A stretch of 63,807 bases of DNA, filler included, from Choristocarpus tenellus KU-1152 (taxonomy: Eukaryota; Protista; Phaeophyceae): the NCBI GenBank assembly GCA_964200185.2. It is 11 parts of 11 records of this genome, joined end to end, with 100 filler letters (N's around TTAATTAATTAA, not from the genome) between each part and the next. Parts side by side here need not be neighbours in the genome. Positions count along the whole stretch, not along the records: positions 3,027 to 14,440 come from CAXNAD020002332.1; positions 14,541 to 23,280 come from CAXNAD020004382.1; positions 23,381 to 28,644 come from CAXNAD020011319.1; 8 more parts are not named here. One strand, 5' to 3'. Shown here piece by piece: positions 10,781-23,469 of the stretch (within the stretch, counting starts at the first letter, position 1; every line of letters begins with the position of its first letter). The notes beneath the pieces were generated by a model that saw nothing but the letters and a program-made list of their open reading frames with translations, was not told the origin of the DNA and ran no database searches. The position numbers were made by a program, and so were the translations under genes.

Positions 10781-13700
10781 CATCATCTCCATGACGCCAA
10801 ACACCTAACACAAGGCAACGCAACGACAGCCTGTTGTCTGGCCCACCACCTTCCGAAGTAGACACTTGGTATATCAAGCCTCTGACATATGTTAAAGCTT
10901 CAAACCTAGAGAAAGACACCAATGGAAACATTTAACACCGATGGAAGGAGTGTACTCACAGGTGGTTGAGATACTCGGGAAAGAGGTTGGTAGAGGAGTT
11001 GACAAGGTTTGGTGGGTTTTGAGGATGTCTCCCATCCCGACGCGCGAAATGCCGCGTGTCCTTGAGATATGGAGGATCTACTATTTTTTATAGTAGTACA
11101 TATTATTATGTCATACTATTGTATTGTAGTGTTTCGAACTTTTCTTTGAAGATAAATGTCGAGTGTTGTGGAGGAACGTCAAGCAGTGTTGTGGAGAATG
11201 TGGAGTGTTTTGGATAGAGGTGGAGCGTTTAACTGAAAAACACTATTAGAAGGTGTTTTAAACCCTCTACGTTTTTAAGTCAAAACCTTCATGGTTGAAA
11301 CCCTTGGCACACAGCCACAGCATTTTTTTATGATCTAACGACTCATCATGTTACTATGGGTAGTAGACGGGAAGAGAGAGGGTTTCAATAGGAAGGGATC
11401 AGTGAGACATGCGCCTGCAGCAGATTTTATTGGTTACTGTTCAAATGGCAATCTCCAGGGGTGTTAATGTGTTCCAAACTGAAGAACTCCAGGTCGATGG
11501 GCTAGGAGAGGCTTGAATGACATGCGATTCTTCCCTTTCTTCACATCTGCATCCATAGTGCCTGTCCTAGGAGTCTAGGTGCAGAGTATAATTCATCTGA
11601 ACTATAGTTGCTGTTTATAACTTCCTTGCTCTGTTGTCCTACATACACACTACAGGCAATCTGGTTGGAGATTCTGATAGTCCACTCCTATTGTTGTGTT
11701 TATTGCATTCTTTTCATGGTGCTTCTTCTTCACCAGGCTCTATTTCTGTTGCAGTTATTGTTTTCTTTCCCTTGCGTTTCTTGTTTTTCCTCCTCGACAA
11801 TTTCTGGAACATGTCAGAGGGCATATTAATAAATATTTTGGCGTCCAATGAGACACCCATATTATGTACATAGTATAATACCCTATCAAGAAAAAGGTCC
11901 ACTTTTGAACGTTGCTATTGAAAAAGGTCTAGGCAGCTGGCCATTATTACAAGCAAGTGCACTCACTACAAGGTATAATTTTCTCCTCAAAAAAAATTCT
12001 CCTCACTGTTGCGGTGGAAATATTTTGGTCTCAATAGGGAAATGGACAGTTTCCTCGGTGAGGCGGCCACATATGTGGTAGGGGGAAGGGACTGGGGGGT
12101 ACAATAGGAAAGGGGCGGTCTACACTCGTTTTTTATAGTAGTGTCAGTAACTGCACTCACAGGTAGCTAGCTCTCTTGAGGCAAGCCATGCATTTCAAGC
12201 TGAAGATACCGGGCCGGTGGGCAAGAAGGGTTCTCACAGATTATTTTCAATTCTTCCCTTCCTTGCTCCTCAGCCACCTTGACGATGCTAGGCTAACTGA
12301 ATAGGAGTGCGGACATCTTTTCGTAGCAATAAATCAAATTTATGACGTTGTCATACGCAATAGTAACTTCCGATAAAGAAAATGGTATGCATTGGAAATG
12401 CTAACTGTTGTTATTGCAGAATGTCTTGTAGTTTCTTACATAGTTGTTTTTGGGGTCTTTACCTTTTCAACATGAAAGATTGTCGTATAGATAGCACAGG
12501 CTAAGATGGAGGTATATGTTGGAAACTACTGTTGCATAAGTTCTCGAAAGAATAGCTTCCTACCTGATTGTTGTTCTTATATGCTTGGTCTTTGTCTCAT
12601 CCCTCCCATAATACCATTAAAAAATGTGAATGGGGCTATTATAAGATATATATATATACAGATACAAGACGCATGTTCACTCCTGCTACGCCAGAAGCTC
12701 GGAATTGTAACCACTACAAGGAATCTCTTGGCCCTCATAGTTTTCGCCTTAACACGTTCACGGTGCAAAATGTCTGGCATTTCTATGTACCCATGGAGCA
12801 ATTACTGGATAAGGTGGCGACTCGTCATACTGTGGTGGTTGGACTACGCTATGGTTTTATACCAGGAACGGAGCAAGCAGTAAATGCATAGTTTCAGCTG
12901 TGTGTGTGTCATGATAGGTTTCCTGGTTTGTTTTTAGACGAAATGAGTTCAGCGCTACATGGAATCCTACGCAACTTAGATATTGTGCATGTGCAGACAA
13001 AGTTGGTTATTATTTTTAATACTATAGCAGTTTGAAGTACGGGTCGTGTATTGAAAACTCAAGAATATATATTATAGTGCCAACTGTCACTTTGCGATTG
13101 TTGTGGTGGACTGGACAAGACGAAACGTGTGGTAAGGCAAAAAGTACTAGTAACACAATAATAACAGGGTGTGTATTGCTTACAGGAAAGGTCTTCTGAT
13201 ATACTAATGGGAGTTGCAGTGCATTTGAAAACAAGTAAACAAGAAACCTAAGACACAAATAGCTGAAAAATAAACTGGCACAATGAATGCGGTGAAGAAC
13301 AAGGGAGGAGTCCCACATGTCTGTCGAGTCCCTTCTTGGCCAAGGGCCTGGTGTCTTTTGCTTGAAGTACAACACACGTCTTGGGATCGCCACTTGTGCT
13401 GTGAAAGTCACAATATGTCGCACAGGTTGTCATTTCCTTCCTACTAAGCTTCCCAGCTCCTCTACCACCCACTATATGAGTCGCCACCCCATTGTGTATT
13501 AGAAGGCCTTTACTGTAAGTAATACAAGACTCTGTCTTTGAGTATGTTGCATTCTCTACCTTGTATCTTACCCTTTGTTCCTCCTCCTCAACATCTATCT
13601 GCAAAACGTCAGCAGGTATCATCATATATTAATACGACATTGGAAACCGAAATATAATGATACAAATACAACAATTTCGGCAATTTCCATACAAACGTCT

Positions 13701-16700
13701 GGGTATGAGGCTAGTCGAGTGTTACGCCGCCAGCCAAAATGCTGCCTAATTGATGAGGGGAGGGAGTCCACCTAAGGAATGGTTATTTCGATTTTTACAG
13801 TAATTTTTGTGCTGTTTCTCCACTACTGACAGAAGCTTAATTTCCTGTAACATCTGACACTGAATACTGCCCATGTTTTTGTTTGGACTGAACCAATAAT
13901 AAATCGGTTGAGGAGTTGAGAAGCGAGGTTGTCTAATATTTTCCTTATAATTCCGTGTATTTATTATATACCCACCAACATTGATGACATGTCATTAGAG
14001 GAGAGAAGAGAGTATGTATGTGTAAAACGAATTCAACAACCATAAGCATATTTTGATTTGTTCACAAGTCACAACATCACAATAAAAACGAAGTACTCCA
14101 TATAAAATAGAACCTTTCTACGCAACATACTTGACATATCGAAGAAGATAACATTGAAATAATAAAGCAACGAGAAGCACAATGATAACAGAACATTCCA
14201 TATATAACTTTTCCATGCAACATACTTGATATAGTCGAGAAGATAATATTGAGATAAGAATGAAACAAGAAGCAAATGACATTGGTACACAACAGCCGCA
14301 ATCTTTGACTACTAGCACTATGGATGTCAACTCTATTAGAACAGCTCCCGTGGCTATGCCTTACTGTTACAGGCGCCCCTCAATGCTCACCTTCCAGGAT
14401 GTACAACTCAAATCCAACGACCTCAAAACGATGATATGGGNNNNNNNNNNNNNNNNNNNNNNNNNNNNNNNNNNNNNNNNNNNNTTAATTAATTAANNNN
14501 NNNNNNNNNNNNNNNNNNNNNNNNNNNNNNNNNNNNNNNNGGTTGGCAAGGAAATTTTGTGCCATTCCTTTTTCATGTGTTAACCCCCCCCCCCCCAGAT
14601 ACTTTGGGTCCCCAACAATGCAGTATGATGGTAAATGGTGACAAAGTGTACCTGTCCATTTGTTGACAACAATACACCACCTGTGGATACTGTGAATACC
14701 ACTAGAAATATAGACAACAGATTTTCATCCGTTTTTGAAAATGAACAATTTTTTGTAAATAAAAACTGAAAACATGGCACAAGCAAGAACAATGGTACTC
14801 CACAATCTCCATATTGATTGGCCTAATGTGATAAATACACCCTACATCATGTAGGATGTAGGGATGTCCAGGAAATATTGGATGGGATTTTCATGTCGGA
14901 TAGATGTAAACTTGTACGGAAAGGGTGGAAGTCCTCTTTTTTAGGGGCGGTTTGTACATGCTGTTAGAGGAATCGTTGTGATATGCAGAATGATGCCGGC
15001 AATCCCTGACTTGTCCAATTTACCCATATACCCAAATACACTTGTATACACACCTATGTAGGAGGATTATCCAATTTCATGTACACATGTGTAGGTAGGA
15101 GGGTGAAATTGTGTAAAACGTTTATCTAACACTAGAGTGAGACATTCTTATCAAGGCTGTGGGGCATCTCAGTACTATACCTACCTGTAGAACAGTGTCA
15201 TGTCATGATAAGTCGGTAGGCTGAGGGGCGATTTAATGTACAGGTATGCCTCAACTCAATTTCCAGCAACATCCCGGCTTTAGACAGGTAGAAGTCGCTC
15301 ACAGCAGCAGCAGCAGCAGTGGTATGGTTGGAGGCCGTAGCTTGAATTGATTAAAAACGAGTCCAAATGTTTTCAATAAGCGCACAAGGAACACAGCTAA
15401 CATTTTAGAGCAACAATGTTCAACACCGTTCTGAACAAACCTGTATTTAGTACATAGGCAAGATTGATAACCAAAATATATCAAGTCTGTAATATGAAAC
15501 CCTTGATTCAAAAATTTCCACAAGGAAACTAAGTGGAGGTTATCGTAATAATTTCTAACGGGACTCCCTGTGGAAGTAGATCAAGTAGGACCCTTCAATG
15601 GCTGCCATCTGTTGGTAACAGTTTCATTGGAGTCTAAAAAATGAGGCAATTGTAGGGTCCCTGTGTATCCCTGCCAACCAAATGACTGCCTGACATGTAT
15701 GATGTCTCCACACCTTTCTCTATGTGCAAATGGTCATGATACAGGGGAAATTTGAGATAATATCTTGTATCAATATAAAATCACTTCATCTTAGACTGCT
15801 GCAGTCCAATACGAATAGTATTGCACAATTCAATCAAATAGATGAAACATTTTCTGAATAGTGTTGTTGGTTGAACCAGCAATGTTTAGTTATTTCCATT
15901 TTTACACCTTGAAGTGCCAGAAAATGACATGTTCCATATTGTGTTCTCTTGCGTGCATCGGATGAAATGAAACCAATGGAACACATGCCCCAAATCCTAT
16001 CCTCACTGCCACCTCAATCCCACTCCCGAACAACAATACTACACATCGGTCAGGTCTTCCTAAAGCACTTCCCAGACAGCGTCTTCACCAACACACTCCC
16101 ACTGTTTCACGAGCCTGAGGGTCCCCCCACTGACGAATCAAATACCAACCATAGCAATGGCCCAGCCCAAGTGGGCAACTATAGCTCAAGTGGAGGGAGA
16201 GATGGACTATCAAGTAATCAGGAAATCGAATAGGATGAAGAAGTAATTGTGCAGAGTAGCCTGCAGCAGGATGCGTACACATCATTCGGTTTGGATTTGG
16301 GAGGTTCACTGCTGACTTCTTGAGTGAATAAAATCACACTCAAGGAGCAAACGGCAACTACCTTACACCATCATGATACATTTGTGCCTGTTTTCAATGC
16401 ATCTTCAAAGTATGAAGTACGCATTTATCCACTTGAAGGATCACATGCTCTTTCTAGTTGGTGTATTTTGCTGAGAGACTCTACCCACCTGTTGAATAAG
16501 TGTGGGTCACCTCACCCAGCAGCAGAGAACTTTCTCTTCCTGTCTGATTTGCCCTCACAGAAACTCAAATTATCCTTAGACCCTTTGAAGTTTTCATGTA
16601 GCAGGCTTTATTTGACACCAGTATTACTGTGGATGAACAAGGGCATCCTTGATATCTTCCCCCCCTCTTCTGCTCACACACCTCACTCATACCACACAAG

Positions 16701-17931
16701 ATGCTACCTACAGATATGACTTTGTCTTCTGAATCTTCACCCTGAGTTATGGCACAAGGGAGACCCACTGAGCCAAACTGACAGAAATTAGTCTTCCTAT
16801 GGCAAAGAGTAAAGTGTACTAAGACAGAACCAATGACATTCTTGCGCATATATTGCAGGTTTCATCAAGGCACTCTCCATTCCCCAAGCAAAAAATGAGC
16901 ACAGTAATTCCTATACTCTGTCCATTACTGCACCTTGTAGTACTTCAAAACTGGGTAGTGCTGGCGCTGATTGGCCACTGCCTTGTCTTTTTCTTTACAC
17001 GATTGGGTTTCCTAGCCTGCAAGATTTGGTCATCTCCATACAAAAAGGTACCCTGTCATCTCATTCCACCACTCGTAGTCTTGCCCTTAGCCGAGCTGAC
17101 AATAAAAATGACCTTTTACGCTTATTTACTGATCGATGATATCCTCTACCCTAGATAGGGGTGTTGTCGAGTATTTGGGGCTTATGCAGGTACCATTTTG
17201 TAAATGTACTTCTAGCATCTTAAACATTGGCTTTACACATACACAATCTGAGTAAATGTACTTTTCTTCTCTTATACAGCTACAGCTTCCTAAGGGGGGT
17301 TAACAGCATCTGAGACATTGGAGTGGTGTGTCAGGAAGGTTAAAACAGTCCTAAATACCCAGCAGTGCCAAAATAGAGACCCGTGAAGATAGAATGGCTC
17401 TGAACAATACGTCACAACAGTAGACCAGACTACATGCTGGAACTTTTGGTGACAAAAATAAATAACAGTGAAATCTCACGTAAAGTCTCTTGTGCACACA
17501 TACTGAACACATTTACACGAAAAAATCCATGTACAACCCAAAAAGACAACAATCACTGGAACAAGAGACAACACACAACCATGCCCTAACACCAAAGACT
17601 ACCACTGGGGAGTGTGACAAAAAGGCGACCCTGTACTCTTCCTTCTGACTGCAGCAATCTTCAATCCCTTGGCACCCCAAGGTAGAATATTGCCTCATCA
17701 CCACAATCCCTCTGAGCAATAACAAAGGCGTAAGTCACCAATTCCCAACCAATTCCCTTGGGGTTAACACATCTAAACATTCTATATTCACATGCCAGGC
17801 AGTTCACATGTCTTCTTCCCATAGCAGGCATCTGTTTGCATCCCCTGACACCTCTGCTACATTACAGCTACTACTTACCAATGGTGCAACAAGACCCCTT
17901 GCAAGCACACGCTACTACAGAACTTTTCCCT

Positions 17932-20654
17932 TCACAATTCCACCGTGTGCCCCTCAGGAAACATGGGTGATTCCCCATTTTCCTCATTAACCCCTCCTGT
18001 GTGTACTCCTTGGTAGTCATCAATTCCCCCCCCCTTGCTCCCCTGCCCCCTATAGTTTTCTCCATCCATAAAATAGCTATCTTCCGTGTCTATGAATCTA
18101 TCCTCTCCCCACTCTTCTTGATCCAAGCTAGGTTCAGTGAACGGCTGCAATTCAAGCTGGTCCTCAGCTGTCAATGCAGTAAAGCCATTCTCATTACCAC
18201 CACCACCACCACCACCACCACCTCCACTGACAGTTCCTTTGCCACATAACATGTGCATCAGTGATACTGCCCACCCCAAAAGTACCACTAGACTCGACAG
18301 GCCAAGCACTGTTAGGGAGAACACACGAGCATAGTAAGTCAAAGGGTTTGGGGCTCGTCCAATCATGGCTGTGGAAGACAAAAGTGCCAAAGCAAGCAGG
18401 GTCCAGCGGAAGGGGAATGGAGGCGGTTCCCTTCGGTGTTCTGGTTTGATTGAGAATGGGCAATTCCGCCTTGTGATGGCGTTTACAGCCAGTAGTGCTG
18501 TCAATCCAGACACTGTCTGCAACCCTGTCGCCTAGAGAAGGAGATAGGACCGGCAAAAAGGTGACAGATGGGTACAAGATAAAACAGATAATGAGGATGA
18601 AGTTTTACAATCTTGGTGAAAATATAACAAATCTCCATAAAAAGTACAGTGCCATGAAGGCAAATATATGTATAGACCAATATTCAAAAGTGAGCTTTCC
18701 TACCCTACACCATAGGGGCATTAAAACCACAACATTGACAATATGTACCTTTCTCACATGTGCCACCAGAACTTCATGCTCAGTGTACAAGATGTGACGT
18801 GTGCCAATAGTCTTTTCCAGCAAGGGCATGTCTTATTGAAGAAAATTTCATATTGTTTGGAGACAGCATAGGGCGTTACAGCATGATAGTTAAAATCAAA
18901 CGATAGTTAAAATCAAACCCCGAAAAACGTCATGGGGGCGAAGACAGGTATACACAAGAGCATGGACGACTTCCCCCATTAATTTAAGAGAAATTGTTAA
19001 ATTTGATTGTTATGGTGATCACAACTGAAGTGAGAAGCTCCATTTATTCTCCTCCCCCCCCCCAACACCTAAAGGCGTAAAACTCACCGCAAGTCCTAAT
19101 TCTGAGATTGGAGCATTATGTTCCAGGTAGAATAATACAGCTGTCAAGAATGAACCAGTCGAAGCTACAACGGCTGCTGTTGCCCTCCACTCCCCCCAGC
19201 CAGGGGATCTTTGTGCTTCATCCTTAGAAAGCAGAAGTGCTATGAAGGCAGGGCCAGGGGGAGGACAACAGCTCGACAAAAGACCTGAGAACAAACTAGT
19301 CAGCCACAGAAGACCTGATGTCGAAACATCAAGGTTTAATGAATTCAGTGTTCATTACCAGAGTGTTTGCCTTAGATAGAGTAAGGGAGAAAGAACACCC
19401 CAAGAGGGTAAACAGAAAAATGCAGTGATGTGTTGCCCCCCTCTGATGGGTTGGAACAGTCTATGTCCCGTTCGAAGAGTTTCAATGACATATTTTGACA
19501 CCCATGTGTCCAACACAAGTCCCATTACAACTGTGCAGGGACGAGCCTACACAAAAAAGTGGTCCAAGAGAATCATCTATGTGAGAAGCTCACCATTGTA
19601 ATACGCAATCTTTCATCCTTTACTTAATATAACTCTTCTTGCTATATCTCGATCAAGTCCGCACTGAAATAGTACCCCTTCAGAAGAGAACAGAGTGCAG
19701 GGGATGCGCCGTGTTGAAATAGCATCACATACCGAAATATCGTTTCAAGAAAACCAACAAAACTCAGCTCAATTGGAGAAACGCTACTGAGAAATTGAGA
19801 GACTACAACGTACCTTTCGCCTTCCAGTTGAACCCCTCGTTGGCCCCGCCACGATCTTCATTTGCACTTCGTTTATTCCACAATTCATATCTAGCTCCTA
19901 TTTGTCTTCTCCGAAAGCCCTAGGTATAGGTTTGTTGCGCCAGGCATCAAGGATGGGGCATCAATACTAGGAGTCGCAACACATCCAACGGTAAAGACAC
20001 GGGTGGAGGACAGAAATACGTTTTTTCCCAGTAATTCTGCATTGGCACCGAGTACAGGACTTGGAAGGCCCAAATATGGTTTCTCGTCAGCCATAAATCT
20101 GACACACAGGGACATATTACTGGGCTAAAATACATTGAGGATGGCCGATTTCCTGCTATGAGAAGCAAAGTCGTCTCACCTCCACTTCAAGAAACAGCAG
20201 TATCATGGTGTAGCTGACTAGGCACACACCAAAAACTGGGACCATCACCACCGACACAATTGATCTTTCTCCAACCACTACACCAGCTAAGCAAAATGGA
20301 ACTGCATGCAGAACTAGGCGCCAGTTAATAGTTTTCCGCAACAAGACGGCCTGTCAAGAATGGCGCAGGGAACAGATTAATTCACAACAGTGCGAGTGCT
20401 CAACAAGTAACACTTGCCACTGGGTATATATTGCATCAGTAGCTTGGGAACATCACCCTCCTATACTTTGAAGAACTTGCCTGAATGGAGGCAAGTATCG
20501 CAACGGAGGTGCTTCCAATCCACACTGCAGGCACAAGCCCACCCTTCCCCAGCATGTAGACGCCAAGCACAATATTCCCACCAGAGAAACCTGTCGTCGC
20601 GAGTAGAGCACCATCTGCAACGCCGAGAATGGCCTGAAATCCCCCAGAAATCAT
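17932..20654 (-). CDS. Multi-pass membrane protein, TauE/SafE (sulfite exporter)-like, ~425 aa, 5 exons
   Basis: Exons 20481-20654, 20180-20350, 19814-19919, 19088-19314 and 17932-18531 splice in frame (first donor GC). Two hydrophobic halves with TTGFSGG and SGLLSS..PPGPAF...WRAT motifs like TauE repeats; Gly-rich and acidic C-terminal tail. Confidence 0.7.
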
Positions 20655-20914
20655 CTTGCTGCAACACTCGAAGCCCTCGTCATTGCGATCAATGGGGCAT
20701 AATCATTGCTTGTGATCGAAACATAAACTCTTTCTTATCTTTGTTAGTATCTTCCATTAATTCTACACATACCAAAATTCATCCGTATCGCACATGGTTT
20801 AGATGCGCGAATTCTGCGCGCGGTGAAATGACCTTTCCCTCTATCCCATAACCTCAATTCAAAAACTCAAAAGAAAGGTCCACCAGTTAAGACACGAATA
20901 AGCAGGTTGAATTC

Positions 20915-23246
20915 ATGAGACCATTTGCAGCATGGTGGGACTTAACACGTGAAAGTCTTTGCCCCTCGTCGGACCTCCGTCAGGATGCTATCGATGAAGA
21001 GGCCAGAGTGCAAGCCTTCCTGCAGGCTGCAGCTGGGGAGGAAGCAGCAAGCCGATTCATCTCAGGTGAACCTCCTCTCGTGCCACTCTGATCGCTTGCA
21101 GAAGTGATATCAAATAGAAGGTAAGGGACTAAAGGAACACATTTTCTTCTTTTGCTTTGGCAGCAAACGGACCGCATCTTGCGACCATATTAAGGGTTCT
21201 TGGGCGTGATGAGTTGGTGATACCTGCTCCAGGTCTGCAGGTGGAGCAAACTTCTACAGGCACATCAGGGTATCCACCCCTGTCACCCCAACCACTTCGT
21301 TGGTAAGATTAGTGAATTGAATAGTTTATGTCGCGTCATCGTCCTTCCTGGTCATCCCCATTGACCTTTCTCACTTTGTGGTGAACCCACTCTGACACAG
21401 TTTGCCCTTCTCTGTGGTATATTGTCTTCATGATTGATCAGCCGAAGTCTCCTCCTCGGACTTCCTTTGTCTGATCGCCACTCCGTCCTAGCAGTTGTGT
21501 GCAGCCTGGGGTACCGGCTTCCTCGGCGTGCGCTGGCAGATTTCTTGTGCCGTGTGGCAATCGGTTGTGGCTTGGGAGATGAACAGGTTACCCAGGATCA
21601 ATGACTAGAGTGGGTTTCACCTGTTGGCACTTGCCCCTGTAGATTGGAAGTGTTTTCTCGCTGCTCTTCACGTGGCCCTTGGATGCACTGCAGATTGATC
21701 GGTTCGCGTTTTAGTCATGACTGTAAGTCAACACGATTTCTTGTGCTCGTCCATGGTTCAGATTGTATGCTAAACTGCAAGTTGGATCTGAAGTTTACCT
21801 AGAGGGTAGACTGTATTGGAACATTATTTGAAGCAATGTCGCCGGTATGATTTTTTTTTTGATCAGCTTTGTCATCATACGTTCACTCAGGCATTACGCC
21901 AAAATTGTTCTTGTGAAGAAAACGAAGATTTGGTCATGGGAAACTTTATTGGGGTGGCTAGTGGCCAGGGGAGCACCACAACTACATCACATACTGTGCT
22001 GTGTTCAACATGCCGATCTCTACAAGCATGCAGAATGTGGCTGGATCCCTTCTCCGCAAGGCTGATGGCCATTGCATGCAGGCAGGTCAGTCCATTTGGA
22101 AGTGCAGAATGCCTGAAAGCTGGCTTTGCATTACGAATCAAGGTCATGTTATGATGCGACTTTTCACCCTATGCCTTGCACAGAAGGGCTCTGTAAAAGG
22201 TGTAATATATAGAGGTCCAGATACTGGTTACACAAAGGAAGACATCCGGCATAAGTGATGGCATGTGCCTGCAATTTGTTCCGAGACATCCTGTGAAAAA
22301 GCTGACCAAATATTGTACAGACTTTACTATGCATTGGTTTCTGTACTGCAGCATCGAAATATATGTATCTTTCCTCAGGTAGGCTATCTAGCCAAGCAAA
22401 ATCTATGTCGAACATAATTGCCATAATACTTCTCTGGCTAGACCTCATCCCTACGCTATCCACCCTGTATGCTATCCACCCCGACATTCTTATCAACCTA
22501 CAGCATGATCCTCACCTACCTTTTGACAGTTGCTACGGAAGAGGGTTCAGCGTGAGGATGAAAAAAACGTGGAAGATGAAGCCCTAGCCGCACCTATCCA
22601 CCGGTGTTTTCTTGCTTTGTCGGGGGTGCTAAGGTTCTTGCCATCTTTACAAGCCCTACCTGTAGAGGCTGCACAGCTAGGGGATGATTCTATCGGCCCC
22701 ACTGTTACTGCGCAATCCTTGAAGGGTAGAACTGTGCCTCAATCTACAAGAGAGGGGTTGTCACAGTTGTCATCACAGCAACAAGCTTTTCTCAACCCAC
22801 CCAAGCAAGGGCGAGTTAGAGTGAGTGCGGAGGACCTTAATGGGGCTAAGGCTATGCCCCCGGCTGGAGTGTCAGCAATTGTGTCGTACATGGCACGGGA
22901 AAGGTCAGGTGATGTGGAAGACCAGACTTACCCCTGGAATGTTGATTCTTGTGACCATGTCAGCAATGGGAAATGCACTTCAGATAACAAGCTGCCGCCG
23001 GGAGAGGAAATTGACCAAGCATGGGATAATGGTCTCAACAAGCGTCAGAAAGTGGACAGTGGAAAAATGAGATTGGAAAGCACGTTGGTGTCTGAGCCCA
23101 CAGGAAAACAAGGCATGGAGCAGGCGATGCCACAGGCGAGTGGAGTTGCATCTGTTCAGGAAGACTCGGCAACTTTGAGGAGAGAAAAAACTGTAGGAGG
23201 GGGGGGGGGGGCAAAGGAAGGCCTTGCGGGCGGGCGGGATGTTTAG
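20915..23246 (+). CDS. Hypothetical multi-exon protein, head-to-head with the TauE-like gene; probably 3' partial
   Basis: ATG at 20915, exon 20915-21065 (MRPFAAWWDL...RFIS, GT donor), small spliceable exons near 21240-21302, 21494-21585 and 21642-21700, and a long exon from 22530 after tttgacag. No recognisable domain; internal exon choice is uncertain. Confidence 0.55.
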
Positions 23247-23469
23247 GTTGGACAGAAATGTGTTCAGGGGGGGGAAGGGANNNNNNNNNNNNNNNNNNNN
23301 NNNNNNNNNNNNNNNNNNNNNNNNTTAATTAATTAANNNNNNNNNNNNNNNNNNNNNNNNNNNNNNNNNNNNNNNNNNNNGGAAAATGGAAAAAAGGGGG
23401 AAAAACGGGCGCCGCCCCCCCCCCCCCCCCCAGATACTTTGACGCTTCTTGTAGTCAGCTAACAACCCA

